This document shows positions 25,268-38,300 of a DNA stretch of 64,000 nt, in pieces. The first letter of the stretch is position 1. Each line of letters starts with the position of its first letter. The notes below the pieces were generated by a model. That model saw only the letters and a program-made list of their open reading frames with translations, was not told the origin of the DNA and ran no database searches. The translations under genes were made by a program, and so were the position numbers. The DNA comes from Paraspadella gotoi (lineage: Eukaryota; Animalia; Chaetognatha), in assembly GCA_051294375.1 (NCBI GenBank), contig CM119265.1, positions 13,012,124-13,076,123 on the forward strand, written 5' to 3'.

Positions 25268-28200
25268 ATGATAGGCATGTCTTTTATACACGTTCAGGTT
25301 CGAACCCTTCGACGAAATCCCATCCTTGGGGAGGGGCGATGGTTGGATGATTGGCGCAGACAAGCGAAGGAACAGACGAACCAACTGAGACGACCTGAAC
25401 CAAGGTCGCTTTCTGTCCTAAGAGCGGACAGGAATTTAACCCAAACGGAGGAAAGAACAGTCGAAGACCAGGCGAGTAATTTAATTATAAGGGATTAAAA
25501 AGTAAAATACTGAAGTGACAGTGATAATTGTTATGTGTTAATGACAGAACCGTTCAATATAAGCAGTCCCTGAGCTTCGGATCAGGCTGTAACACAATGT
25601 TACAGGGGGGGTTAAGCGCCCCGTCCCTCTTAATTGCTAAGCAGCCACCGGGCTAAAACCCCGGACTTTTGGGTAGGGAGGTGAATGACTTGCCTCCGGC
25701 ACCAATGGCCGCTGATGAACGGTTGGTGGATTTTAGTCCACCATAATACTAAACAATAAATATGCCAAGTTATTGTAATGACGAAATATCGGTATGTGTT
25801 GGATATGACTTCCTTCCATCAGCGCCGTGATAGCGCATTGGACTATCCCTTCATTTCCGAATTCAATGATCTCGGATGCTGGCCCTGGTCGGAACGGTCC
25901 TTGCAAAATAGTACCAGGCCAGTTAAAGCACTTGTAGCAAGCCTTCCAGAGTTTTAGAAAGCAAGGAAAATGACGGTAAAATCTACATCCACTGAGCAGT
26001 GAGGACACTATGTGTGTGCGCTCTCAACACAGTAAAAGGGGCATTACGACGCCCTCCTCTCGTTCACTTCATTATTTTAGAAAGCTCGCTCGTCATACTA
26101 GTTTGAAAACCTTTATTAAAATAATCTTTTGAAGAATGCATTCGTGTAAATAAGTAAAAAAAAACTCGCAGGTTGCGGATTTTTCCCAACCACCGGTTCT
26201 CGATGGTTTTTTTCTGCTGAAGTTGTGTTGCGTCGATGATCCGGCGGATCTTTGCATTGTGGACATTTCACACAAAGGTCTACATGAAGCAAACAAGGAG
26301 GATCTAGTTCTTTTCGTCAATGTGGCAATCATAAACGCGGGTAATTTTAATAAGTAAAAAAAGACGTTCTTGCTACGACATAGATAACGGACTCAGGGTA
26401 TCTGACTAACAGGTTGGCGGCTTCGGGCCTCATTGTCGCCTCTTAGCATAGGCTGGGTAAAGTAGTTCATAATATAATTATACTAGTACCGTCTTGCTCT
26501 ACCGCCGGGATTGAACCCGGAACCCACGGTCAGGATGGTGCGTTAGCCAGCTAAGCCACTGCAACGAGGTTGAATTTATATTATATTAATTTGTAATTTG
26601 TTTTTCTTTGGTGAGGCGGTTTCAAGTCTCCGCCACAATGTTTTAATTGAAATTACGTTTGAATTATCTTGAACCCAAAATGAAACCAACCAATTGAAAA
26701 GAATATGGTATTCTGTATTCTATATTTTTTGATCCTCAAATATTTTTTATGGTTCTGCCAGGTGAGAATCTCCTTCCCCTCGGGATTTTCGCAGGATTCC
26801 CTAACTTGCGCGAACTGGAGGCTCCTTTGAACGAAATTCGCGAGATTCGATTGGAAAACGATTCATTTCCGTTCCTCGAGACACTTGACTTATCGTTTAA
26901 TCGCGTGGACGCAGACCACATCCGAAACCTAGGCGAGATCGAGACGCTCAAGCGACTAAAACTTGGCTTCAACGGCCTCCTCGCTATTCCCGTCGAGACG
27001 ACACGGCCAGTCGCGCTTGAGAGCGACGATGACATCATGACTCGGACGAAGGAGCGATTCCCGAATCTTGAGGAGCTCGATCTGGACGGAAATCGCTTGG
27101 ACGATGGAGTGTTCGAGGTTCTTGGACGGATCAAGAAATTGCGAAAATTAAATCTTAGTCAAAACGAGATAACATCGGTACCCCATTTACGCGTGTCGAG
27201 AGGGAGTTGCGTCAGAATGACACCTGAAACCGCTGAAAAGAAGTTGAGCGAAGACGCGTCGCCGGAAGAGAGGTCAGTGTGTGTGTGGGAGTACCGAAAC
27301 GTTGCGAACTCATTGATAATCATTTTTACTATAATTACCAGCTCTCGTCACAGTTCGGCTAGCGGTATACAAGCGCTGCAGGGCAAATCATCTCGAACGA
27401 GATCATCAAAGTCGCGGGTTCGATCTTCCGGTCACCAATCGCCCACCCAAGACGAACCGGCTCATCCGGAAACGGCGACGATGGAGCCGGAAGCTCCACC
27501 ACCCACAGTCGCAGAACCCGCCTCGGTTAAGGGTAAATTATTCAATAATAGCCAATCATAGTTACCTTCAGGTTTGATGGCTTAATTTCTGAAAGATATA
27601 CGCTTTTAAGACGCGACCGAGTTGTCGGAAGCCGTTGCCGACGATCTACTCAACAATTCTTCTGTCGCGGCCGTCATAGTTGTTACCGATGTCGATCGGG
27701 TAGACGAAAAGACAGAACTCGACGAAGACATCTCGCATAATTTAAACGAATTGGAAATCAGCGAGGATGAAAATGGTTTTCATGTGAGTTTCACCTCTAT
27801 TGGAATTTTCCTCAAGTCTTCCATCACGTCACATATTATATATATTACCATATTTGGTGATGTTCCAATTTCTTACCTGTACGAAATCGGAAACGCCAAA
27901 TATGTCGAAAAATATGTTTTTGTTCGGATTCCGATGAGTTCGGGTATTGAATTAGAATAAAATCAAATCTGGGTTCGGCATGTGGCTGCAGGCAAAATCC
28001 ATATCATTTGTCTTTATTGATATGGTATCCGTACTTGATTGATCACATAAATGAAATGCACTGCATCGAACTTCTGTCTTTTCGTTTTATTCCTTTTAGT
28101 TTTAGGATTTCCTGAAGGTGGCGCTTGCAGTCACTTAGTTTGGAGGTTTTCTCCTGTCTTAACAAATGAGCAACCAAGTATAGGCAAATTATACGCAATA

Positions 28201-29984
28201 TTAACTAAGTGGGACAGACCGACGGACAGACAAACCGAGAAGTGACTAAGAGTTAGACTTGGAGTTTGTGCAACTTAAGATATACATGCAAAGGCTAGTT
28301 CCGTTCTTCCCTTGCCCTTTCACTTTCACAAAATGATATTTTTAATATTCTAACATTTAATTCTAATTTACATTTATTTTGATTTAAAACAGAATGACGA
28401 ATTCGCGTTGCCCGATACAAGGCCAGCTACACCATTTGACATCTCAGATCCTACGGCCATTCGTGATCCATTCCCGACTTTGGAGGTTCTTAATTTGGCC
28501 CACAACCAGATACGAGATGAAAACGATGTTGCACCTGTTATCGCATGGCCTTCACTGCGCCAGTTGCATCTCATCAATAACCCGCTGGTGGCAGTTCGAC
28601 ACGGTGTACCCTCAATACTGCGCAACGTTCTTGAAGAACATAAAAATAAAGAATTTCGAAGACGAGAGCGAGCAGATTTGTCGCCTCCAAGGACGCTGGC
28701 AAATACCCCCTTGCAAAGAAGAAAAGTAAGATTTAATACGTATTTAAAATTAAATAATTAATTAAATAATAATAATATCATCTTACCATGAAACAAAATA
28801 CTTATGCAATGATCCAATGTTATGTTTAATTTTTTATCACTTTGTTGACGTAAATTTCTTATTTTTTTCAAGGTTAAATCAATCCTACCGGTCGTGCCGC
28901 GAAAGAATAAGCAATTGATACTTCAAGCGCCTCCCGACATGCTCAGGACTTACATGGAACTAGCTAGAATGAATTATACGTTGACGCCAAAATCGCGAAA
29001 ACCTCTCCCTGAAATAGGGGATAGATTGGTTGAAGGATGTCCGGACAGTCGCGGAATGGAACTCCTTGAAATTAACAATCGCAGCAGAGTCTACGAGAAA
29101 GAGTTATTGTCGCGTGGAACTCCTGATGGGCGGGAGGGTTCAGCAGCAGAGAGTGTTGTCACTTTTGCCTCAAGTGAAATCGTAGGTGAAGCGAGTCCAA
29201 AAGACGCGGATAAATATGAAAAAAGCGCCGGGGATTCGGGAGGATTTTTCTTGACCCAAGACGAAGAAGCTGAAGAGACGTCGTCGAATGTAAAAACGGA
29301 GGAGAAAATAAAAAAGCTACCGAGAGAGAGGATCTTGCAAGGTGACAACTTTGCTGTTACATTTTTATTTATTTTTTGCCTCTCACGTGCAATACTTAAT
29401 ACTTTTTTTTCCACTCAGGAAAATCAGCTGCTAAAACGGACGACAATCCATATCATAAAAAGTCAGCCAGAAAAAAGTTACGTGGCTTTGAACTATTTTT
29501 CGACGATGATGACTCGAGTGAGGAGGCAACGAGTTTTGACGTAAGGGCCGACTATTTTAAACTAAGGAAGGCGATCAGTCGCCATCAGTCTTTAAGTTTA
29601 AATCGAACTCATGGACGAAGAAGAGAAGATAATCAGAATCAGAATCCTCAGGATAGAGCAAAGGAAAAGCCAATAGAAATCCAAGGAGAAACTAGAAAAT
29701 CTCGTCGTAAAGTCGATACGATGAAAAAGACATTAAGCGATATGAGGCGGAATGTGCGCCTCCAGGAGGGGAGACTAGATGACGTTTTGGCAGAGAATGC
29801 GACGCAACCGGTACGATTGCGTACTTTTCGAGAAGCCGAGACTCTGTTGCGACGCGTGCAGGCGCAATACAACAATGTTAGAATAGAATCATTACAAGAC
29901 ACTTTGGAAGCTAAGGATGTAATTATGGCTGCACTTGGTAAAATGGAGACCAACTTAAAGGAATCTAACGGTAGTTACTTGTAA
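25268..29984 (+). CDS. XRRA1: X-ray radiation resistance-associated protein 1 (LRR protein); exons approx. 25268-25471, 26172-26339, 26762-27272, 27342-27531, 27611-27783, 28393-28725, 28873-29341, 29419-29984; true start may lie in an upstream exon
   Basis: LDGFFLLKLCCVDDPADLCIVDISHKGL..INAGENLLPLGIFAGFPNLRELEAPLNEI..FLETLDLSFN matches recalled XRRA1 N-terminal LRR region; further LRRs FPNLEELDLDGNRL, FPTLEVLNLAHNQI. Confidence 0.85.
25511..25745. mobile_element. Structured solo-LTR-like element (family B-related end)
   Basis: ATAC-TGAAGTGAC...GGTGGATTTTAGTCCACCATA-ATAC; at least six hairpins including cUUCGg; TGAAGTGA end shared with family B. Confidence 0.55.
25774..26071 (+). mobile_element. 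Structured solo-LTR-like element, family B
   Basis: TG...CA ends, perfect TSD TTAT; conserved blocks shared with 37634-37891. Confidence 0.7.
26355..26570 (-). mobile_element. tRNA-derived SINE
   Basis: Minus strand A box TGGCTTAGCTGG and B box GGTTCAATCCC followed by a non-tRNA body; no complete anticodon arm/acceptor stem. Confidence 0.7.
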
Positions 29985-30584
29985 GAGGTTGCGGCTAACA
30001 AATAAGTTCAATCGTATAAATTTCATTTACGAAAAGAGTGAATAACGCCGGATCAAGCTGACTTATGTACCTGGCCACCTCGCTTATCGAGTTATTCTTT
30101 ATGACAATTATTAAACTAAACTATTCAAAATGTTACATGAAGGTATTTCAATTGATAAGTTAATGTAAGCCAATGTATCATAATTTTTAGATGTAAATTA
30201 GATTTTAGTCATATTCAAAGTATGGTTGATGACCGGATTTCTAGCTATTTATAATCTGAAAATACTGGGTTCAACCGTGTTCTCAGCAACCCATTCCACA
30301 CGAAAATTAGCGAGTCGTGAGATGGGAAGACTTTTTTTATGTTTATCAACATTTTATTTTAATATAGTTTAATTTAGTTGTAACTCGCATTCTATTTAAA
30401 AGTTATGAAAACAAAAAATAAACGTTTCTTTTCGATAAAGATGAATAACATTTATTTGTCAAAAAACTCAAAATTAGGTTAATTACGAAATAAAACCGCC
30501 TTATCGGAATTAAATAATCGATGTGAGATGTGCATGCAAAGAAAAACAAGTGCATAAAACGAGGCAATATATTTATATTTTAAT

Positions 30585-31007
30585 TTAAGTGAGCCTAAGG
30601 TCGAGTTTAGAAACTTTGGACGGTGGCGGCCCGGGATTGCGAATATCATCCGTATCACTGTCGCCCTTTTCTCGATCGTCGACCTCGCGTTTTTTCAAGA
30701 GGTTCTTACGATCCCACTGTTGATGAAGGTAACGGAGGAGAATATTGGTTTTTTCCGTCGTGATAACTTGCTCCGTTGGGTAGTCTTTGGTGCAAATGTA
30801 TACCGAAGGCCGCCGTGTCGTCGACGAACCGTTGGACGAAGCTGGGCCGTAACCAAACGAAGCATCCGACCCAAACCGGGAAAAGTTATCGCTCTTGAAC
30901 GAAGGAAGTCCGGTTAGAAAGGCACTGAGATGAGGACTCTCCTTGTCCAGTTTCGGTTTTTTCGCCGTTGCGACATGGGAAGCCGTTTCATCATCATCGG
31001 CGGACAT
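30585..31007 (-). CDS. DDA1: DET1- and DDB1-associated protein 1, intronless
   Basis: [45 protein letters not shown]; first ATG at 31007 (track start 31025 is TTG). Confidence 0.95.
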   Translation of the reverse strand: MSADDDETASHVATAKKPKLDKESPHLSAFLTGLPSFKSDNFSRFGSDASFGYGPASSNGSSTTRRPSVYICTKDYPTEQVITTEKTNILLRYLHQQWDRKNLLKKREVDDREKGDSDTDDIRNPGPPPSKVSKLDLRLT

Positions 31008-31138
31008 CGTTTCTATTTTGTTCAAATACGATTTAGCAGGACGAAGTCAGGGTTTTTCTTGAACGATAGGGTATTGAAGATCTCTAATATAAAAAATTAG
31101 ATAAACATGAAAAAAAACGATTTTTCAACCAGGGTATT

Positions 31139-32003
31139 CTAGGATCTAATGTAAGCAATGGTTAAATACATTATAACACAGGTAATGACGACACCAGTCC
31201 AAAAGATGATTTTATCCTGCGATCCCCGTTTCTCAATCAACCTCATAACTGTGTTTGTTAAGCCAAGAGTGTTTAAAACGTCCAGCATTTTTTTCCTGAC
31301 GGATTTCAGGCTTCCATGTTGGTCTCGCAAACTGATGAGAAGAAAATCTACGGTTAAAAATTCTTAACAGCAAGTTAACGGATAATATATTTAATATTTA
31401 TTATTCTCGTTACATGTGATCACTGATCACTGGTCGTCTCACCTGCTTAGAACGTTTCTTCCATGGCCCAATAAATCGTCCATTTGACGATGAGTATCTT
31501 GCATTCTTTGATTGTGCTCGAGGTGAGCGTCTAGTTCGACAGAAGTATAACCTAAAATTTAAAACAATCCTGAAATTCACCTAATTTTTTATTTTTTAAC
31601 ATTGAATTTGATATCACATCTTATTACACAAAAATGGGGAAAAAATTTACTCACTTCTGGCTTCGTCGTTGGTTGTAAAAGACATCGACATTAAAGCTTC
31701 TCTCTGCTTATCCTCGTTCTCTTTGGCCAGACGTTTAGCTTTAATGTTGTTTATGGCAGCGATAAGATGTTTCACGTCATATTTTAGTTGATCGACGCGG
31801 TATTTAGCATTGGCGCGTCGGTGAGGTGACTCTTTTGCTGCGAGAACTGCTAATCTATCGCAGTTAGCGTGGATGGTATTCAGCTTTTCAGATAGTTCGG
31901 CCTCGATCAACGCTACCTGATCATCGGGTGCATGGTCCAACCTCGTCAAACCATGCTGGAGATTTTGGATGCACCGATTGGTTTCATGGTACAGCGAATC
32001 CAT
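31139..32003 (-). CDS. GOSR2: Golgi SNAP receptor complex member 2 (membrin/Bos1), 3 exons
   Basis: MDSLYHETN..AKYRVDQLKYD..REALMSMSFTTND; LRDQHGSLKSVRKKMLDVLNTLGLTNTVMRLIEKR; C-terminal TM. Confidence 0.93.
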
Positions 32004-32324
32004 GGTAACGATAATAGTTTTATCCGAGTTTTGACTAGTTAGTTTTTAACGAAAAAATTACAAGTTCATTTTAACTAAAATTTAAAAAAATCGCCTCACT
32101 GAGGGTAAATTAAAATATAGGACTAGATATGTTGGCGAGATATATAAAAAAATACTCGAATTGACCTAATATTTTCAATCGAGGGATTTTGTTATAAAAA
32201 GCAGAAAAACCATCGGCAATTAATTCAATCCAGAGGTTCAGCCTAATTAAAGTACGGGCATCACCACGTTCTAGCTAAGAAGGCCATTATGCTTAAAAAA
32301 CATGTACAGAATACTGATATAAAG

Positions 32325-35300
32325 TCAAACTTTTAGCTGTGTCGCGCTCTGCATCAGTGTTTTCAGTCCCGGCATGAAGGAGCTTATTTCCGCAAAGTTT
32401 CCTCCCCTCACGATCGCCGCGTAGACTTTCAGGCCCCTCTGATAATCTTTGGCGCTGATAGCAGCGGCCATTTGCTGCAGCCCGCCAAACACATTGGGGG
32501 ATACTGTTCCTTCGCGCAACTTGTCTGCAAGTATTTCTAGTTTCCTGCCAACATCGTCCAGTTTACGCTTCATAACTGGATTGGTGGATACGTTTTGGCA
32601 AAGCAGTAAAGCCCCAGAAAACGTGTCGTACAGCAGTTGATATTCCGGAGCGAGGGGATTCTTAACAACAAGAGCCGGTGATTGAGATGGAGCAGGAGCT
32701 TCCACTGGTGCGGATGCGAGGCCGTTCGACGACGGTGGAGTCCAAGCATTAGACGAAGGTGGAGTCAATACAGGTGCAGACGGAAAACCAGCCTGAAGTG
32801 GAAATGCTGGAGGGGTTGGGTGCTGCATGGCATAAGCCGCGGGGTTAAGAACCCCTGGTGGAAGCTCCATCGGTGTGACTGGTCCCGTTGGCTTATCTTT
32901 TGCTTTGCGAAATTGGGAATTAGGATTAGGATTCTGAGCCTGAGAAGTTGGAGGGTCGTTCCAACCAAGATTCGCTGGGGGGGCCTCTTGAAACGAAGGC
33001 ACGGCAGGTAAAGAACTGATCGCCGCATGTGTCTCCGTAGCAAATTGCGTAGTGGAATGAATCGTTGGCAGAGGAGGAGGCACGAACGAGTCAACCGGTT
33101 TCGCTGAAAAATTAGTTTCCAATGGTGTCGGTCCGGTAGCCGTGGAAGGAGAAAACATTCCCGTCTGATGGGTTATAGGAAACATCATGGGTACCGAAGG
33201 CATAGCATGATCGAGCGACGATGTCGTTAAGGATGTTTGGTTGGTATGGCTCACGGATGAGTATTGATATCCTAAACACAATGCGCATCATGAAACCAGG
33301 TAAACTTGTATTAAGGGGGCATAACCTTATAAACACCTTACCTCCACTGTTTCCCATAATTTCCGGGTGAGCTGGGTATTTAGGGCGCCCTTTTAATCCA
33401 GTGTGTTTGCTGGAAATTCCCTCTGTCTTGTTTTGCATTGGGACCGACGGTGGCTGTGGGAAAGTGCTAGTCGGTTGCATTATAGGTGCTGGATTAACAA
33501 AGGGTATCGGTTCTGGAGGTTGCCGAGTCTCTTGGCCGAGACTTCCACGCGAAGACCGCGACATTTGCCTCGATCGCGAGGAAATGGAGTGATGATGAGT
33601 GGCTTGATGGTAAGAGGGTTTTGATGGCGTCATTGAACTGGGACGACGATTCAATCGTAGCGCCACAATCACGCGCTCCTTCAGATTTCGCGCTTCTTTT
33701 CCGTCGCAGATATCCAGGCAGGACAGAGCCAACTGTAACTGACCTTGAGATATTAAGAGGTTAGCGTAACGAGTCAAAAGCGCCGACAAGCGTTCAGAAG
33801 AAATGTTGAGGTTTGCAAGCGCCTTGCTGAAAACTGTAATCTTTTCAACTTGAGAATGGAGTTCGAGGCATGTTTTGCTCTCGCAGAGCTTTTGAAGAAG
33901 CTCTATGACCTAAAAGAATTAATTTAGAATTAGCTGATAAATAATGAATAGAGAAAGATACAAATTGTTCGAAATTTCAGGAAAAATCTTGGATAAATTG
34001 CTTTAAAGAAAACGGCGAACCTTAGACTCGTTTCCTGCACAAATGTAGCACAGACAAGCACACGTAAAGAGAGCTCTGTCGTTCTCAAGCCGTGACGCGA
34101 GGATATTTCCCAGAGGAACCAATTTTTCTACGCCATTGGAAGAATTTGCTAAAATTCCGGCCAATGCCTGACGCCAGTTATCCAAGTTGCATGATGTAAT
34201 CAGTTTGTCCCAGTCTTGGTCGAGAACTATAGACATCACGCGCGCAATCTGCTTGTCCTAATAAGGGAAAACCATAAATAGAGCCAATAATAATAGAGCC
34301 AATCTAAGTTAATGGGTTGGGTCAGAAGTTTCTAAAATAGCTTTATGCACGAGTACTTGATTTTTAAATATTTATTTACAGATAGGAAATGTCAATCCAT
34401 TTTTTAACATTTTAATCAGATTTAGATAGTTCATAAAAAGTTGTCCGCAAAAATTCTTCATTAAATATTTTGATGATACGTGGGGCAAAATTACGTAAAA
34501 CATTAAAAAATTAAGACCATCATCATTTTATGGCAACAGGGAGACATGTATTGCCCGAGGTGTGAGGCATCTCCCGACTGCTGGCGCTCAGGCTTTGGAC
34601 CACCCCAGGTCACTGGCGTGTTTATGCCGAAATCACACTAACCAGCGTGACCTCACAGAACTCTCGGTTGGTGAACGTGTACTTAGCTGTCAAAGCCAAT
34701 GGGACGAGCTGAGTTTCACCAAGCTATACGGGAAGCGAATTTAGAATTCGCCACAATATATTAGTTTTTGCTAATTTTCAGTAATAAAAGATCAAAATTT
34801 TGAAAAGTTTTAATTATATTTGTTTTTTGTGCTTTATTTTGTTGTATGTTTTTGTTTTTTTTGTAAGCTTTGTCAGAATTTATCAAAAAAAAGATTCTAA
34901 CAAAAAATATTAAGAGTACAGTGATCTCGCCAGACGTTACTATCAAAGAAAATTAATAAAAAAGTTTAAAAAAAACAAAAACGAATGATTGATGCGATAA
35001 CAAATTATTAATATAATAATAATTACCCAGGGGTAAAACAGAACACTTGTTAATTTTTAAAAAAATGCGGCCCCAAGGAGACGAAAGTTAAAAACAAATA
35101 CATCAGCCAATAGCGGGGACACTTTCCTAGATATATCACCAGAAAATTTTTTTGAAAAACATTTATTATGTGAAAATTTTGTTCCGCACTATCCTAAATA
35201 ATAAATTGAAAGATGATAAAGAGACTAGTATGTGGATGCATACATTTAAAGAGATCTGTAATGTATATATCCTGATATGCTTGAAAAGATGGAAATTTGA

Positions 35301-38300
35301 TATAAAAATATATAAAAGATTCAAATTACCCCCAAAGGATTTGCATCTTATCATCAAAGCTCACTATAATATTTCTTTGCTTGCTCTCATAGATTTACTA
35401 GACTCATAACATAACTGATTATGTAAACAGATGCGTTTAAGATAAAAAAGTACAAAACTAATAGTCATGATATACAAATAAAAAGTATAATAAAATTCAG
35501 CCGCCAGCTATTTCATATCATTTATTATTTTTTATCATTAAAGTGAGAAATAACATTCATTAACATATGAAAAAACATCTTAATATCAATCAAAAAAATT
35601 ATGTACTGGACTCCAAACCCTGTCACCAAATTTGGTCAAGGCAAAATATACATTTTTAACTGCTAATTTTTTTTAATAAGATTATTTTGTTTTTTATTAA
35701 AATATTCTAGGGCTTAAACTAATTTAATGTCAATTTTAAGCAAAGTTTTATATTTTAAAAAAGATTTATAGTTCAAAAATTAATTCCATAATTAAAATAC
35801 AGAAGGCTTCATATTATAAAATGTGGTACCCCTTTTTTATGACCAGAATCTGTTCCCACCAAACTACCCGATCGAATTTAATGAATTTTTACATTTAGAG
35901 TGCTAATGACTATATAAATGGAATTATCGAAGCGAATTTTGATATTCAACCCCTGACAAGAGATACAGGGCCCTGGGGGTGAACCCCTGGGGGGCCAAAA
36001 AATGCTAAAACTTTTTTTTTCATTTTTCAAATTTTTTTAGTAGCATCAGGTGCATTGACGTTTTAAACATAAGAAAAAAACCTTTTAGAACAAAAATTGA
36101 TAAATTTGCAATAGCATGGTTGAAGATGCATGGTTCATCGTTTTACTTCCAATTTTCGCAAATTATTCCAAATCTGACTAACTGCTGATGTTCATGAAGC
36201 TAAAAATTAAGGTAAATGAATATTTTTGAGGTAATAAATACATTTTTGTGGAAGAGTAAACGTCTGTACAACTGTTCAAAACAAAAATAATAAAAAATCA
36301 GCGGTCAAATATTGAAATTCGCCTCGATAGTTTTATTAGTATTCACATAGGGATCGTTCATTCCAAATTTCAATAAATTTGGTCCAGTAGTTTTCTCGGA
36401 ACGAGTTCTGGTCCTTTATATTTAATTTATTATCAATTTGTTTGAATTTATTTAAAATAATGTTTCTCTTCTTAATTTTAACAAATTGAATCATAAATTT
36501 ATCAGTTATATTTGTCTTTTAAAGCTACTTTTGTTAATTAAAAATTGCCTACTTTTATTCAGTTAACTACTGAGTAAACCAAAAAATTGTCTATTGCCTA
36601 CTAAAAAAAAAAATCTTTATCCAAGTTCACAGTATATTAAATACAGTATACTATTTAAAAATTAGGTAAGAAAAATAACCTGCTTTCGTTTTTTAAGTTT
36701 TTCTAAGTATCTTTGGCGGGTTCTCAGAAGCAATGCTTGATTTCCTGATGATGCCAGAACTAGAGCATCGGCTAGTCGGTCGTCCGCGAAGCAAATGTCG
36801 ACAGCAGTTTCCAAATCACCCACTAAAACAGCCTGCACCAACAATCCTTCTACGGAATCTAAGTCCGAAGGAATGCTAATTTCCGCAGGTTCCAGGTCTT
36901 CTTTGTCTAAGAAAATAGGAATAATACCAATTAAAGCTTCCTGAGACCCTCACCAAACACCTAATGATACCGTTATCAACACGAAGATCGACGTGCAAGC
37001 CTTCCTTAACGTCATCGATTCTGGAATCAGCGTCGAAAGCATGGGTGATGTTATCAAACGCCGATGTGGCAGGGTTTCGTGACGAGGATGTTAAAAGGTT
37101 ATCAAAATCCGACGTTACTTCGTCATCGGCTACGAAAAGCGCCGAAGCAGGTTTTTTAGAAGCGCCCTCAGGTGAACCATTTTCGTCAGAAAACTAACGG
37201 TAATTAATAAAAATTATATGCAAATTGTACTACTTACCAACTATTGTAGTAAAAATAAGAATAATTGATTATTATTAAAATTTTACAAGACATTTATTAT
37301 TTAAGCTAGAATCCTAATGTAATGAAACCTGATCTCTATCTTCAATCGAAGGCTTGTCATCATGAACCACAGTAGCGCCGTTGTCACTTCCACTGGCGCT
37401 GTTGGCCTCATTCTCGCTCTGTGGAGCACTCGGTTTTCCGGACGAGACAAAATCGAATGAACTTGTGCTGCCGTCTTCGCCCTAATGAAAAAAGTATTTA
37501 TATTTATGGATATACTATTATAAATTATACGTAAACTTCTTATGCGGTGCACTCAGGAGCGGGATAAATTTATAAAGCGGAAAAATTGAACACAGCAAGT
37601 AAAAAGTGACACACAGAAAAATAAGAGTAGGCCTATAGTAACTTAATAGCACTACCCGTTGGATACGACTTCCTTCCATCAGCACCGTACTAGCGCAGTG
37701 GGCTAACGCTCCATCACTAAACCTATTCGGAACGGTCCTTGCAAAAGAGTGAGGAACCGGTCAAAGCATCGGTAGCAAGCCTACCGCCGGATCCGAAGTT
37801 CCGGAAATCTCTCAGACCGAATGGGTACAATAAAGATGGGGCATCCACACCAACAGAGTGGCACGGCGACCCTCTCCTCTCGGTCACTTCAGGCTGTATC
37901 ATTTTTAGAAAATTCTTAAGGACCATACAGGGTTGGGACCTTATATCGAGACAAACCTCAAGGTCCTGCCCTGTCTGGACGATTTAAGATACAATAATAA
38001 AATGAGTTGAAAATGTTTTATCTGGCTCTGTACTTTTAAAATACATTTTTAAGCAACTACAAGCCGTTGTGGATGTTTTCAAAATAGTCGTTTTTATGCG
38101 CGCATTGTATTGCACATGTTAAAAGCCAAAATTATTAAAAATGTTTTCGGTAAGCATTTCATCACTATCCAAAATAAACATATTTAATCTTTTTCAGGTA
38201 AGATAAAATTTTAGGAAGACTAACAAATATGCTTAAATTGTTAAATACTTAATATATTTTTTACCTTTTTAATGCTTTTATTATGCATTCAGAAATCTTA

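Noticed and set aside
25705-25730. CTGATGA as a hammerhead core or C box
   Set aside because: Sits in a hairpin loop with no downstream GAAA/stem III and no well-placed D box
26495-26570. tRNA gene
   Set aside because: A and B boxes present but no proper cloverleaf; continues into a SINE body
32449-33624. Overlapping or antisense ORFs here and over RRP8, XRRA1 and SLC49A4
   Set aside because: Shadow frames of GC-richer real exons with no recognisable motifs
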